A stretch of 63,328 nt of DNA, the filler included, from Lenisia limosa (lineage: Eukaryota > Protista > Breviatea): the NCBI GenBank assembly GCA_001655205.1. It is 9 parts of 9 records of this genome, joined end to end, with 100 filler letters (N's around TTAATTAATTAA, not from the genome) between each part and the next. Parts side by side here need not be neighbours in the genome. Positions count along the whole stretch, not along the records: positions 48,030 to 50,530 come from LPNZ01009514.1; positions 50,631 to 60,413 come from LPNZ01006134.1; positions 60,514 to 63,328 come from LPNZ01006762.1; 6 more parts are not named here. One strand, written 5' to 3'. The translations under genes and the position numbers were made by a program. The notes under the pieces were generated by a model. It saw nothing but the letters and a program-made list of their open reading frames with translations. It made no database searches and had not been told where the DNA came from. Below are positions 48,170 through 60,619 of this stretch, piece by piece (position 1 is the first letter of the stretch; the number at the start of each line of letters is the position of its first letter).

Positions 48170-50517
48170 CCTCAAAATGCGCTGATTCAGGGGTGTACTT
48201 CTGGGTGAGGAATGGCAGGCTGAATCTGGGGGGGGGGGGNNNNNNNNNNNNNNNNNNNNNNNNNNNNNNNNNNNNNNNNNNNNNNNNNNNNNNNNNNNNN
48301 NNNNNNNNNNNNNNNNNNNNNNNNNNNNNNNNNNNNNNNNNNNNNNNNNNNNNNNNNNNNNNNNNNNNNNNNNNNNNNNNNNNNNNNNNNNNNNNNNNNN
48401 NNNNNNNNNNNNNNNNNNNNNNNNNNNNNNNNNNNNNNNNNCAAGGACAAAGACAGGGAGGCCTGTGGCATTAAGTGATTATTTTGACACAATCAAACGT
48501 GTGGCATTAAGTGATTATTTTGACACAATCAAACAATATCATCATCACCATCAGCATCTTGGCCTTCACAACAATAGCGTCATTATTACTATGAGAGAAT
48601 ACCACCCCCCCCCCCACCAAGAGAAAACACCAGGATAGCAGCAACGGATACGGCGACTATCGTCCAGTGGTCACCTTCCCAGCACTTCATCTCAGCATAG
48701 CGCGACAGTACCAACTGTCCGTTGATCTGGGGAGGTAAAGCCAAGGTTTTTATGATATACACTGACCGGGATAAGTCTTGACCAATTTTCCTTGGGAAAT
48801 CATGTAGCAAATCGGTCAAGACTTATCCCGGTCACTGTAATAAAAAAAACCCCAAAATCAGCTCTATTCGCAAGCATACAGAACACCCCCCCCCCCNNNN
48901 NNNNNNNNNNNNNNNNNNNNNNNNNNNNNNNNNNNNNNNNNNNNNNNNNNNNNNNNNNNNNNNNNNNNNNNNNNNNNNNNNNNNNNNNNNNNNNNNNNNN
49001 NNNNNNNNNNNNNNNNNNNNNNNNNNNNNNNNNNNNNNNNNNNNNNNNNNNNNNNNNNNNNNNNNNNNNNNNNNNNNNNNNNNNNNNNNNNNNNNNNNNN
49101 NNNNNNNNNNNNNNNNNNNNNNNNNNNNNNNNNNNNNNNNNNNNNNNNNNNNNNNNNNNNNNNNNNNNNNNNNNNNNNNNNNNNNNNNNNNNNNNNNNNN
49201 NNNNNNNNNNNNNNNNNNNNNNNNNNNNNNNNNNNNNNNNNNNNNNNNNNNNNNNNNNNNNNNNNNNNNNNNNNNNNNNNNNNNNAAGGAAGAGACCCAC
49301 AAAGTCTGTTTGCACAGTGCAGGAACCTTGTTCTGACTGCGGAGGAGTAAAATTGGAAAATAAAATGACCGGGATAAGTCTTGAATGTGATTTCCCAAAG
49401 AAAATCGGCACCCACGCAATAAAAAAACCGAAACAGACTACCAATAGAAACCCCAAATGCCCAAAAGAACCCAAAAAACAAAACAAAACAAAAATATACT
49501 TAGACAAAACCAACGACGTCCACTCCCCAAACCCCAAAGGCATCCATGTTCATGTAGTTGAGGGAACGCACAACGCTGTTTTTCAGGTCAAGCTGGGGGG
49601 GGGGGNNNNNNNNNNNNNNNNNNNNNNNNNNNNNNNNNNNNNNNNNNNNNNNNNNNNNNNNNNNNNNNNNNNNNNNNNNNNNNNNNNNNNNNNNNNNNNN
49701 NNNNNNNNNNNNNNNNNNNNNNNNNNNNNNNNACACTGAATTTCTCGAAAAATCCTCGAAAACTATCGATATTTTACCGGTGTTTTCCGAAATGAAGTGA
49801 TGAAACAAAACAAAAAAGTCCAAAATCAACTCTGTTGGCTGATAACACACAGGGGTTGATAACAACAAANNNNNNNNNNGCGTACGGTAAAATTGGAATT
49901 TTTTTTTAAAAAAAACCCCTCTACCTGGGACAGTAGCTGGAGGTAGGTGATCAAGATCATAATTGCGGCCGTTCCCTTTGGGCGATGTGCAGTTCTCAAT
50001 ACGTACGCTACTAAAAGGACGGTCGCTGCAATGGCAAAGGCAATGAAGACCCAATACTGCGTCTCGGCACAGTCAACGCATTTGCCCTCTCCAGTCTGGC
50101 TGTATTCTAAAGCGGAAAGTAAGACTTTCCCCCAAAATTATACAAGAATTGTCGAAAAAAGTATCATAGAATGGACATTATTTTCGGTAAATATTCTTAA
50201 CTCGTGAATATTGGATTATAATAATATAATATACGATAAAATCAGAATAGTAGGACTCATTTTTCTCAATTTGAGGTATTTGAGTAAACTATTCTAAAAC
50301 AGGAGATGTTTTCAAAATAAGATAAATCATTTTGGTAAATGATTCTCAAACGGTGGAAAATAGTGGAACCGATTTCGCATTTCACATAGCCCTCCCGACC
50401 AGGTTGACAGGCTGAACAGAGGGTGCCCTTGTAGCCCGTTTCACAGCCTCCCGGAACACAGGCCTCAGCAGGAGTACATGCATACGCTTCAGTGCTGTCA
50501 CTCGAGATCCATGATCC
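48170..50517 (-). CDS. Cys-rich ectodomain multipass membrane protein (protist family with C..GY.G.LC..C followed by several TM helices); fragment
   Basis: YACTPAEACVPGGCETGYKGTLCSACQPG, GKCVDCAETQYWVFIAFAIAATVLLVA, AAIMILITYLQLL, LSRYAEMKCWEGDHWTIVAVSVAAILVFSL and FSLPFLTQKYTP. Confidence 0.75.
48760..48837. mobile_element. Tc1/mariner-type hairpin MITE (partial copy also at ~49366-49410)
   Basis: TA-CACTGACCGGGATAAGTCTTGACCAATTT...AAATCGGTCAAGACTTATCCCGGTCACTG-TA. Confidence 0.9.
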
Positions 50518-50630
50518 TGGGGGGGGGGGGNNNNNNNNNNNNNNNNNNNNNNNNNNNNNNNNNNNNNNNNNNNNTTAATTAATTAANNNNNNNNNNNNNN
50601 NNNNNNNNNNNNNNNNNNNNNNNNNNNNNN

Positions 50631-53600
50631 ATTCATATCGCTATGCCAGGCTACGAATTAACGCATTCACAACAAGTATGAGTGGCAAATACACACCTTT
50701 TCTCTTCCAGTGATGTCACCTCGTCGCTCACGCTACTCCCTAGGTATTCCACCCCCTCCTCGTTGATCGACTGTCAAAATTCAAGACAATTAGGTTCATG
50801 AATTGGCAGCGCACGAATCATGTCCATAACAGCACTACTGGTAAGTACATGCTTTCCAGTGTTCTTCACAATGTTTAAACCACTTCAGATTTGTCGTCTT
50901 GCTGTTTTATCAGACTCTTGTTCCAACCTTTTAGCTGCGTGGAGTGTCCCCACTACATCCACGCACATATCGCAGACCATGGGCTTTGGCGTTGCGTTGG
51001 AGCATATGGTTGACCTATGTAATCGTGTTGGGGCCAATTTGTGGCTATCAGTTGCTCAGGAAGAGAGCGATGTGGAAATGAGAGCGGCAGCTGAATATAT
51101 CCTAGTTGGAGGGGGGGGGGGGGTCNNNNNNNNNNNNNNNNNNNNNNNNNNNNNNNNNNNNNNNNNNNNNNNNNNNNNNNNNNNNNNNNNNNNNNNNNNN
51201 NNNNNNNNNNNNNNNNNNNNNNNNNACTCCGGAATTACCCTCAGGCTAACCTGCGTTCCGATGTGAAGGTGTACATTGAATATTCCAACGAAGTCTGGGG
51301 CACCCTATTTCCTGCTGGTGAGACTGTTTTTTGTCTTCATTGTAAGGCAATTATGCTTCTCATACCCGCCCCAGCACACACTGACTTTTACAAAGCACTC
51401 TTTCTGCAATCCCTCAGTCTTGCTTTTGTCAGCTCCTTCCTTCCTCTCTTCCTTGAAACCCTATATATTATACTTTTTTTCTCTCATTTTCCTCTCCTGC
51501 AGGTATTGACGCTCAACAAAAAGGTCTTGAAATGTGGCCAGAAAAGACCTCAACTGAGGTTGGTGTATACCAGACCTTTTCAGTGACTGCCCCCCCCCCT
51601 ACCCTTTCTGGGAAGTTGCTGAAAACCAACACTATTATCCTTATTATTTAAATCCACCACCCTATGACCTTCCGTCAGGCGAGACTTTGCTACTTGGGCT
51701 ATAAGTCCAAGCAAATATTTGATATCTATCATGACGTTTTCGGTGCTGCCAAAGACCGCATTGTGAGAGTTGGAAGGTTGGGGGAGGGGACTACTTGAAG
51801 ATTAGGGTATTTTTTTGAAGCATCCAAATGAACCCTGACACTCACCCAGTTCGATCTTCGTTTACCCTCCCTTCGGTGACATTCTTTTGAGTTGTAATAA
51901 CTTCCACGCTTCTGTGGATGCCTATGTTGGAGGGATGTTACACCTAGCATAGGCACCAATTTCTACCACATACTACTCACTTGGTTTGTTATGTCCTTTA
52001 CCTCCTCTTAAAGGCAATTGCACCGTATCTCGGCCATAAGGTTCTCACCAAGGATGGGTCTGGCAAGGACAGTGAAATTCGTACGGTTGACGAAGTTTTT
52101 GACGCGCTTCCTCAGGTAGAGAGGGGGTTCATCGGACTTTTTAACCAAAAGGAGGGATTCTATGTGTAGAATTTTATGGTAATGCAGCATTTCTATTAAA
52201 TAAAAAGAGATTGCCTTGTGTGGGCAGTTTAAGTGTCCCCCTCTTCTCTTTCTCTTTACTTTATATCCCTGAGTATACATTCTCATTTATCCATGACCGT
52301 CCTCAGTCGCTGTCCGTTATCAACGACACACTCTCGAATCACATGGAGCTTGCAGCAAGGTACAATGTTGATGTCATCACCTATGAAGGAGGCCCAGGCA
52401 TGGTAAACCGCGACAGCCACAAGCAGACACAGTTACAGTGTGCTGGTTGTTATAGATGTACTTTCTATCCCCCCCNNNNNNNNNNNNNNNNNNNNNNNNN
52501 NNNNNNNNNNNNNNNNNNNNNNNNNNNNNNNNNNNNNNNNNNNNNNNNNNNNNNNNNNNNNNNNNNNCCGGATTGAAGACATTATGTATGACTATCTCGA
52601 TGTTCTCTTTACTGCTGGAGTTAAGTCTTATACCCAATTCCTCCATGTTTGTTGGGGAGGTTAGCGTTTCTTCTCTCAATGAAGCAGCCGTAGTAAATCA
52701 AGAACTTCCTTTGCGAGTCACTCACAATCCAGACCTTGAAACCCTCGAAATATGGCAACTATGGTCTACTCCAGGTGGGTGCGTTTGTCACCATATATCG
52801 CCCTTTAGTCATTTAACCATGTTTCATTTAATTTCTCTCAGGCCACTGACCATAATCCCGTTGAAGCGCCGAAGTGGATGGCGGTTTGAGGGGGTGAGTC
52901 TTTCACATGGCATTGTTAGTTTTTATAGGAGTTCATTCAAGACTTATGCGTGGCACCCTTTTAATCTACCTAGATGATGTCATATTTTGAAGACCATTCC
53001 ACTTGCGCTTACCCAGCAGAAAAGGTGGGGCTATGTTGTAATTCTGTTTTTCAAGATTCTGTTTCTTGTATGTTAGCTACAAATTATCCTCTCACTTCCC
53101 TCCCCCATCAGACCTGCATTCCTGATTGTGGTGATAAGGGTACCTGTGTTGATGGAGAGTGTATGTGTTTTTACGGCTACGGAGGTGAAACCTGCAATGT
53201 TTGGGGGGGGGGGGGGNNNNNNNNNNNNNNNNNNNNNNNNNNNNNNNNNNNNNNNNNNNNNNNNNNNNNNNNNNNNNNNNNNNNNNNNNNNNNNNNNNNN
53301 NNNNNNNNNNNNNNNNNNNNNNNNNNNNNNNNNNNNNNNNNNNNNNNNAGACAACCCACTTTACGACAGTGTGACTTTTTAGGTTACATCTTTTATTGAA
53401 CATAAGATATGCAACTACAAGTGCTCTTACCATGGAGTTTGCGTAGTTGATGCTGTGGTTGAGTTTGATAGGTGGGTGGTCTGTCTGTTTCTTATCCCTC
53501 CCTTCCCCTTCTCTTTTGATGTCTCCTCACCCATAAGGTACTGGAAGTGCGAATGTGATGAAGGCTATTCAGGCATGTTCTGTGAAATCTCCAAANNNNN

Positions 53601-56600
53601 NNNNNNNNNNNNNNNNNNNNNNNNNNNNNNNNNNNNNNNNNNNNNNNNNNNNNNNNNNNNNNNNNNNNNNNNNNNNNNNNNNNNNNNNNNNNNNNNNNNN
53701 NNNNNNNNNNNNNNNNNNNNNNNNNNNNNNNNNNNNNNNNNNNNNNNNNNNNNNNNNNNNNNNNNNNNNNTTACCGCAGGATCTTGCAAGGACATGACCT
53801 GTCAATGCTTTGAAGGATTCACAGGACCGGTATGTTGGGAATGATATTAATGAGGTGAACTCTAACTCGGCTTTTGATATGAGATTGCCTCCTCACAGCC
53901 ACAACATATTTAACCCCCTTTTTTCATCAGAGTTGTGCTGTTGACTGTGGTTGCCGAGGACATGGTTCGTGTACTACAGGGAATAAGTAGGGGGTGGGGG
54001 GTTGGGGATACAACTGGAGGGGAGGATGGTGTTCATTCACTCTTTTGTAACACGCAAAATGTTTATTCCGAGAGTTAGTGTTGAAGTTTTTATTATTATG
54101 GTAATTTCGAAGCAATTATATTGTGACAAATTTCTTTCCTATGTATTTCCTTGCCACTCATAAACTCAGATGCCAGTGTGATCCTGGGTATGAGCTCTCA
54201 GCCCATGGCTTCTGCACTCCAACCTGCAGCTGTGACTCGGTAATTATACGTTTGGGATAGTAACTAAACATTTCAATATTTACGAGTGTTTTTTTTGTCA
54301 CGATCAATTCTTCTATTGTTTTGAGGGGAATTGTAATAACCTATTGCATTTTGTATATTATATTTTCCCGTACGCCTATCCCTGATTTAACTCGCTAGTG
54401 CCTTAGCGCAGGTGTATGTAATTGTCCTTGCCAACTTGAAGCAGGAACATGTGTCGCTGCTTCTGGTAGGACAATAACTGCCTGCTGGCATTATATAATG
54501 ATTCTAATTTGCCGCTTAACCCTCCTTAGAATTTTATCATCCACCCCTTTCCTGCTATGTTCATCTTCTAGGCTATGCCCAGGCTGAGACTTCGTGTTGG
54601 AACGGCTTCAGTGGTCAAGATTGTTCAACAAGGGTGGTAAAGGCCAACGATAACAGTCCTATTGGTAGGAGAAAGAGGGATAGCGGGGTGGGGGAGGGGA
54701 CAATAATAAATAGTACCCTCAACATAAGCCATCTTAATATTTTCAATTGTGGGTGACTCTATCGTTACTTTTGAATCGCTTTTGGCTTTACCCCCCCCCC
54801 CTCATTCATATTTTTAAAAACTATTCAGGTCAAAATGTAGCCTCTGTTCATGATTGGAGCACAGAGTGGCCATTTGTTGATCTGATGAAGAGAGCTAGGC
54901 CTTTCTTTACCCAATACCATGGCAAACTGGAACATAGATCCTGGGAGGTTGGGAGTGGGGGGGGGGGNNNNNNNNNNNNNNNNNNNNNNNNNNNNNNNNN
55001 NNNNNNNNNNNNNNNNNNNNNNNNNNNNNNNTTTAAATTCACATGTAGGTCTGGAATACTCAAACTCCCATTGACACACGTCCTGATGGTTACCCTGCCT
55101 CTCTGTCGTATGACCAGGTTGAGGGGTGTGGGTTTTTTTGCCATTTAGTCGATCTATCATTTTGACTACAGTTTATTGTGAGTCTTACCGGACCCTCAGG
55201 CTGTGGTTACTCTTCTGACTCGCGACAACGGAGGAAGATACCCTTCTGGAGAGTGGGATGGGGTTTTACGATGAGGTAATACCAAATGGTATGATAGTGT
55301 TACCCGTGCCGCTCTAGTTGCAGCCTCCTCACCCCCTTCCCATTCTAGTTACACCCTTCTCTACGATGGTGAAGGTGACTTGGAGGTTATGTTTGATGCT
55401 GAAATCAAGGAACGCCACAAAGGGCGATTCATTGTTACTGTTAACCCAACGTTGGTGATGTGTTTATTGTTGAAAAATAGACTTAATTGGTTCATTTTTT
55501 AAAATCAATCTTACGAAAATCTCTTTTTTCGCTTTTTACTGTCGTCATCCTCATCCACTAGACACGAGGATGACAACCGCGACAATGGCATCTTCCTGCG
55601 CATCACACGCACCAACTCTAAAAGTTGGGTAGACCGGGAAGGGGGCGGCGGGGATGGAATTAGCTTGTACAAAATTTTCACTTTAAGGAATGTTTACCAA
55701 ACCTACAACCTGACACTGTATATACACTAGTTCTAACCCCCTCCCCAACGCAGATCCTATCCGTAACATCCGATTCATCATGCCTGGATTTGAGGACTCC
55801 CACCGCCAGTCTCTCTTCCACCCTGACTACGTGGCCTCTCTGAAGCCGTACAGCCATCTTCGTTTCATGCCTATGCAGCACATCAATTATGACCAATATA
55901 AAGCAAGTTTGCTTGGGTTTTTGAAGGTGTTTTGAACTCAGATTAGGAAAGCAGCAACCCTAACGCTCCACTTCACCCTCCCCCTCTTCATTGTTCCGTC
56001 ACCCCCGCAGATGACCTGACATCGCGGTTTGAATGGTCAGATCGTCGCAAGCCTTCCTTCTACACGTATGCTCAAGAAGCCCCCTTGGAAGTCATGTTGC
56101 AACTCGCTAATGAGGTATTGTATGGAATTGACGATGCTTCACTGTTTGTCAAAAAGAAAAGAAGAGTCGAAATTGAAGAATCTCTTTTTTCTACTGAATT
56201 GTTTTGTTTACACCCCCCTCCTTCAGGTTGGTAGCCACCCTTGGTTCAATATCCCCCACCGAGCTGATACACAGTACATTACCAATTTCGCCAACATGAT
56301 TAAGGTTTGAAGGAGGAGAGGTTTGACTGGTTAGTTTATCACAAGTAGCTGTCATCTGTCATCAATGTTGATATAGTCCTCTTCAGTATGCTTATTATTT
56401 CTCACTTCACCAGAAACGTCTGCGTGACGATCTGAACGTGATCATTGAGCACTCCAATGAGTATCTGGGGAGGGGGGTGTGGGATCAATAAATAATAAAA
56501 AATCAATATCACTCTGTAATAGATAGGTTTCATCAATAAACATATATCTTGCTGATATTTTCCCCTCCAATTTTGCAGAATATTGAGATTTTTTAAAAAA

Positions 56601-59585
56601 ACTTACATTATGTATTAGTTTTTAGACTATGGTAGGTCATATTATGATTGGTGGTGAAATAGAGAAGACCAGCCAGTTTAGAAACTCACCGTCTTCAGAG
56701 TCTGGAACCAAGCTTTTCCCCAAGGTCCCTATTCGCGTAAAATGGGGCTGCGGGCTGGCCTCCATTCTGACCCAGTTACTGCGGGACACTATTGGCATGT
56801 TGATCGAACTGAGTTGATCGGACGAATCTTCAAGTAAGGGGGATGATTGGGTTAGTGTCATTTCATACACTTATGAAGATGTCATAGAGTTATTTACAAC
56901 CGATGTTATTCGTTCAATATTTGTTGCTTCTTTGCCCCCACATCAGATGTAGTAACTACTTTTCTCCAGATGAATCGTTTTTTTTTTTGACTAGCCACAG
57001 ATCTATTCCCCTGTGGATTTATCTCTTTCAGGCGCATCCTGGGCGCTGATCGCGTTGTAGTTGTTGTTGGTGCATTTAGTAACAGCAATTATGCTGCAGA
57101 TGTGGGAGGGGGGTTGAAGAACCAATTTTTGTATCACCGAGTGTACCCGTTGCTCTCGGCCATTTGTTCCTTATTGTATCAGTCCTTCAAATGTTCTAAT
57201 TTGTATCAAATTCCTCCTCTCCCTCTACCATCAAATTTCTTGTTGATTGAATCGATACACTAGCTCCCCCTCACCTCCAGGCTGTCATCACTCATGCCAA
57301 GTTGAAGTATTCCATTGATGCTGTTGCGTTTGGTGCATACTTCACCTGTGGAGGTCTCGGCAGTCCTGATAATGCTGGTGCTGCTGCCCTGATGACTGTT
57401 GATGAGGTGATGAGGGTGTTTGTGTATTGTTGTAGCCCAATATCCTCACCTCTCACTACCTGGCACTTTTCTCCCGAATCTGCACTGCTGGTAGTATTAA
57501 CTACTACAGGTATTCGATCAATGTGAACAGGCTGTACCCGAATACATCAATAAACTGGAAGCACTCTCTACCAAGGTTTGAAGGCAATTGTGTATGTTAC
57601 ATATATCTCCCCCCCTCCACTTTTTTCTGCGTCTTTCCTTTAATTATCATTACTCTGCTTTCTATACTTCTTCCGTTCTCGTCTCACTTTCCACCTCCTA
57701 GGCCCATACTGCTGGCTTTGAAGCTTGGATCTACGAGTCAGGACAGGGTCTGGTTGATTACAATGTTGGGAGGGTTGAGCCACTCACTGGTTTGTTTCCG
57801 TAATGGCAGAACCAAGTAGGGGTTCAGTTGTAAATTGCTTCCTATTATTTAGTAATTTGCAAGCTATATTGTAAGCGTCTCCACTTTAACCCCCACACTC
57901 TACACAGGATATGATGGGAGATGTTCCTACTGCTGGATTATCTGACCTTCTTGTGGCTGTCAACCGTGATGATAGAATGGGTTGGGAGGGGGGGGTGATC
58001 TTGAAAGTGAAAGTACCCTCGTCCAAAGGTCAGATAGCTCAGTATTTTAATAAATTTACAACCATCTCTGTCATCTTAAACTTACCCCTCCCCACCTCAG
58101 AGGCACTTTACAAAAATATGCTGACGGCACTTTGGAGTTCTGACTTCGATGTTCTCACTCACTTCATCTCAGGTGGCAAATACTGTGGGCAGGCGGTTCC
58201 TTTACTCTTCTTATACTCACATCTTCTTCCGTGTTTCTTTGTACATGTACATATAATATACCCAACCGCAATCTCATCCCCACCCCCAGCCAAGTATGGC
58301 AGCTGGGGACTTCGTGAGTATCAGGACCAATCCGCCAGCGACAATCCTAAGGTCAAAGCAATGGAAACCTTCATCGCAGATCATAACAAGGTGAGAAGAG
58401 GCATTTTCACAAGTTTGCGTTGAGCGTTTGGGATAATGACTGTTGGAAGGCCTAGTCCATTCCAACAAATTTGACTTAATAAATAGTCTGCTGGGGACTG
58501 GAAATGGTTGCAGTTTATATGTTGTGGTGATCTGCACCAGCCCCCGTTAACTTCGTAGCTTTAATGGATATTTATTTCAGCACCCTTTTCCCTCCCATTT
58601 ACGTACTCTCAGTCTCTGTTTTCTCGGTCGCTCGCTTCGCCCATGTCTTCTTGCACTGCACCCGCTTCTCAATTGTCGAGAAAAATATGGACTCTGAGAG
58701 GTGTGCAAAATGTCGCATGGGTTATGGTTATATTCCTCTTGTTCAAAGAGTGCTATGTTGTTACCCGTCTCACCACCACATTTCAGTATCTGCCGATTTG
58801 GCCACCTTCCAAAAGTTTGTATTTGTACATGACCTTGCCCAACAACTTGGCATCAGTGCGGATAGAATCATAGTTAAAAAGGTATATGCAATTTCTCACT
58901 CGTCTGTTGCAAAGAGAGTTGATTTTGGGCTTTGTTTGTTGCAAAATTTTCCTATTTTACTCACTACACACAACTATTGTCACCTTTTTGTCTTTATTCC
59001 GCTCCACCTTCCCGAGCTGATCATTTTTAACCCCCGCAGCTCCGTTCGGACTCTGCTGTAGCAATTGACTTTGTGATCCTGCCTCCTCCTGAAAACGACC
59101 TCACTGCTCCTGATGTTGATGACGTAAGAATCTTAACTGTTTTGCCATCATTTTATTCTTTGTTTCTGTAATTCTCTTGTTCACTCATTTTTTTCTTAGC
59201 TATTTTTTTTTCCCCACGCTTATCTCATTCTATTTCAGCTCTCCACCACGCTCTCCTACCTAGTTGCCTCTGAGGTTCCTGTAGCGGGCTATACCGCTAA
59301 ATCATTTAAGTTTGAGGATTGCTCAACCGAAGTCAGATTCCCATCCAGCTGTACCACTTCTATATCTCAGTATCCACCTATTTATTCTCATCATAAAACG
59401 TAATTTTCAAAAATCCCTCTCCCACCACGATAAAAGTTAAAATGCTATTGTTAATACCCACCCATAGTGCGTATGCGTCGCCGACCGATGAAGTAGAGTG
59501 CGTGGGGGACGATTGCGAAGGAAGCCCATCATTGCTGCTCACTCCTCTCTATGTATCCATTTTGTTGTTTACGTTTATGTTCTAG
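50631..59585 (+). CDS. GPI-anchored surface protein: two tandem bacterial-type GH-A-like ('cellulose-binding domain protein'-like) domains separated by EGF-like repeats, then a SEA-like domain; 5' truncated
   Basis: Domain 1: IHIAMPGYE..FHPLLVDRLSKFKTIRFMNW..VYIEYSNEVWG..ITYEGGPG..SKYGNYGLLQ. EGF repeats: CGDKGTCVDGECMCFYGYGGETC and CECDEGYSGMFC. Domain 2: GQNVASVHDWSTEWPFVDLMKRAR..RNIRFIMPGFE..LRFM..PWFNIPH..IEHSNEVWNQAF..IYESGQG..KYGSWGLRE. C-terminus EGSPSLLLTPLYVSILLFTFMF* (TAG 59583-59585). Confidence 0.8.
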
Positions 59586-60619
59586 TTAAAAGAACAGTTT
59601 TTTTGATTTGGGGTTTGAACTATTATTCTGGATTGGGTTTGTTTCCAGCTTTAACTGGTTCTTGTTTATTAAACTATTATTTATATATTTCGAGGCTCAA
59701 TGTTTATAATAAACCATGGGTTCATCATACTGGATTTATAACTTCTTTACAAACAGAGGTAATGCAAAAACAATAAAAACAATAACAGGCAGGGGTGCTC
59801 CCGAACTATTTTGGGAGTACTTGGTTACCCCAACCGGAATTTTTATCACAAGGGCCGTTTTTACAAAGAGCAGGTGATATGTTCTCAAAACTCTTCCTAC
59901 TTGTAAATAACAAAAGACTTATCAAAAGTCCATTCTTTTTGAATACCCTTTCTTGATATGGGGTAACTAAAGTTAACCAACACCTAAGTTTACCAACACC
60001 TCACTCCAAGTACAAAAAAGAGTCCCGCGACGATATTTGACACCACAACAATTTTGAAAGTAGTCAGTTAAGCGACCAGTTTTCAATATGGGGAATATAC
60101 ACAATTATATATGGAATTCATTCAATACTACATCTGTGTGATCCGAAAGAGGAATCTGATCAGCAATCCAAATATTCACCTATTACCAACCTTTTCAAGC
60201 AAGATGCAGATCAATATTTGAGGCTTCAGAACGGATAGCTCTTGACGAACAAATGCTCATGTACTTTGGAAAATTCGGTCCAAAAACTGTCCAACGAAAT
60301 AAGCCTGTCAAGGAAGGTTGCATGGTCTGGTCCTTAAATCTTTTGAACGGCTTTATGTATGAGTGTTCATGACGTTGTGGTGGAGTTAACATCAAGGCTT
60401 CCTAATATCAGAGNNNNNNNNNNNNNNNNNNNNNNNNNNNNNNNNNNNNNNNNNNNNTTAATTAATTAANNNNNNNNNNNNNNNNNNNNNNNNNNNNNNN
60501 NNNNNNNNNNNNNTCACATTGCCTTCATTTATACGCACGGTTCCACTAGATATGATATGATATCATATATGGTTAAGGCTCAGTTTGCCTACACATCACC
60601 TAAAATGTTACCTTTCAGA

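Noticed and set aside
59740-60410. Possible 3' fragment of a minus-strand gene with hydrophobic C-terminus (PLPVIVFIVFALPLFVKKL*)
   Set aside because: I could not establish consistent splice phases, and the region is truncated by a linker.
7362-60513. Gene neighbourhoods across TTAATTAATTAA linkers (e.g. TPR-NUBP1, CPLANE1-PAPSS)
   Set aside because: The linker is artificial. NUBP1 and CPLANE1-like lose large parts at these points, so the gap size or adjacency is unreliable.
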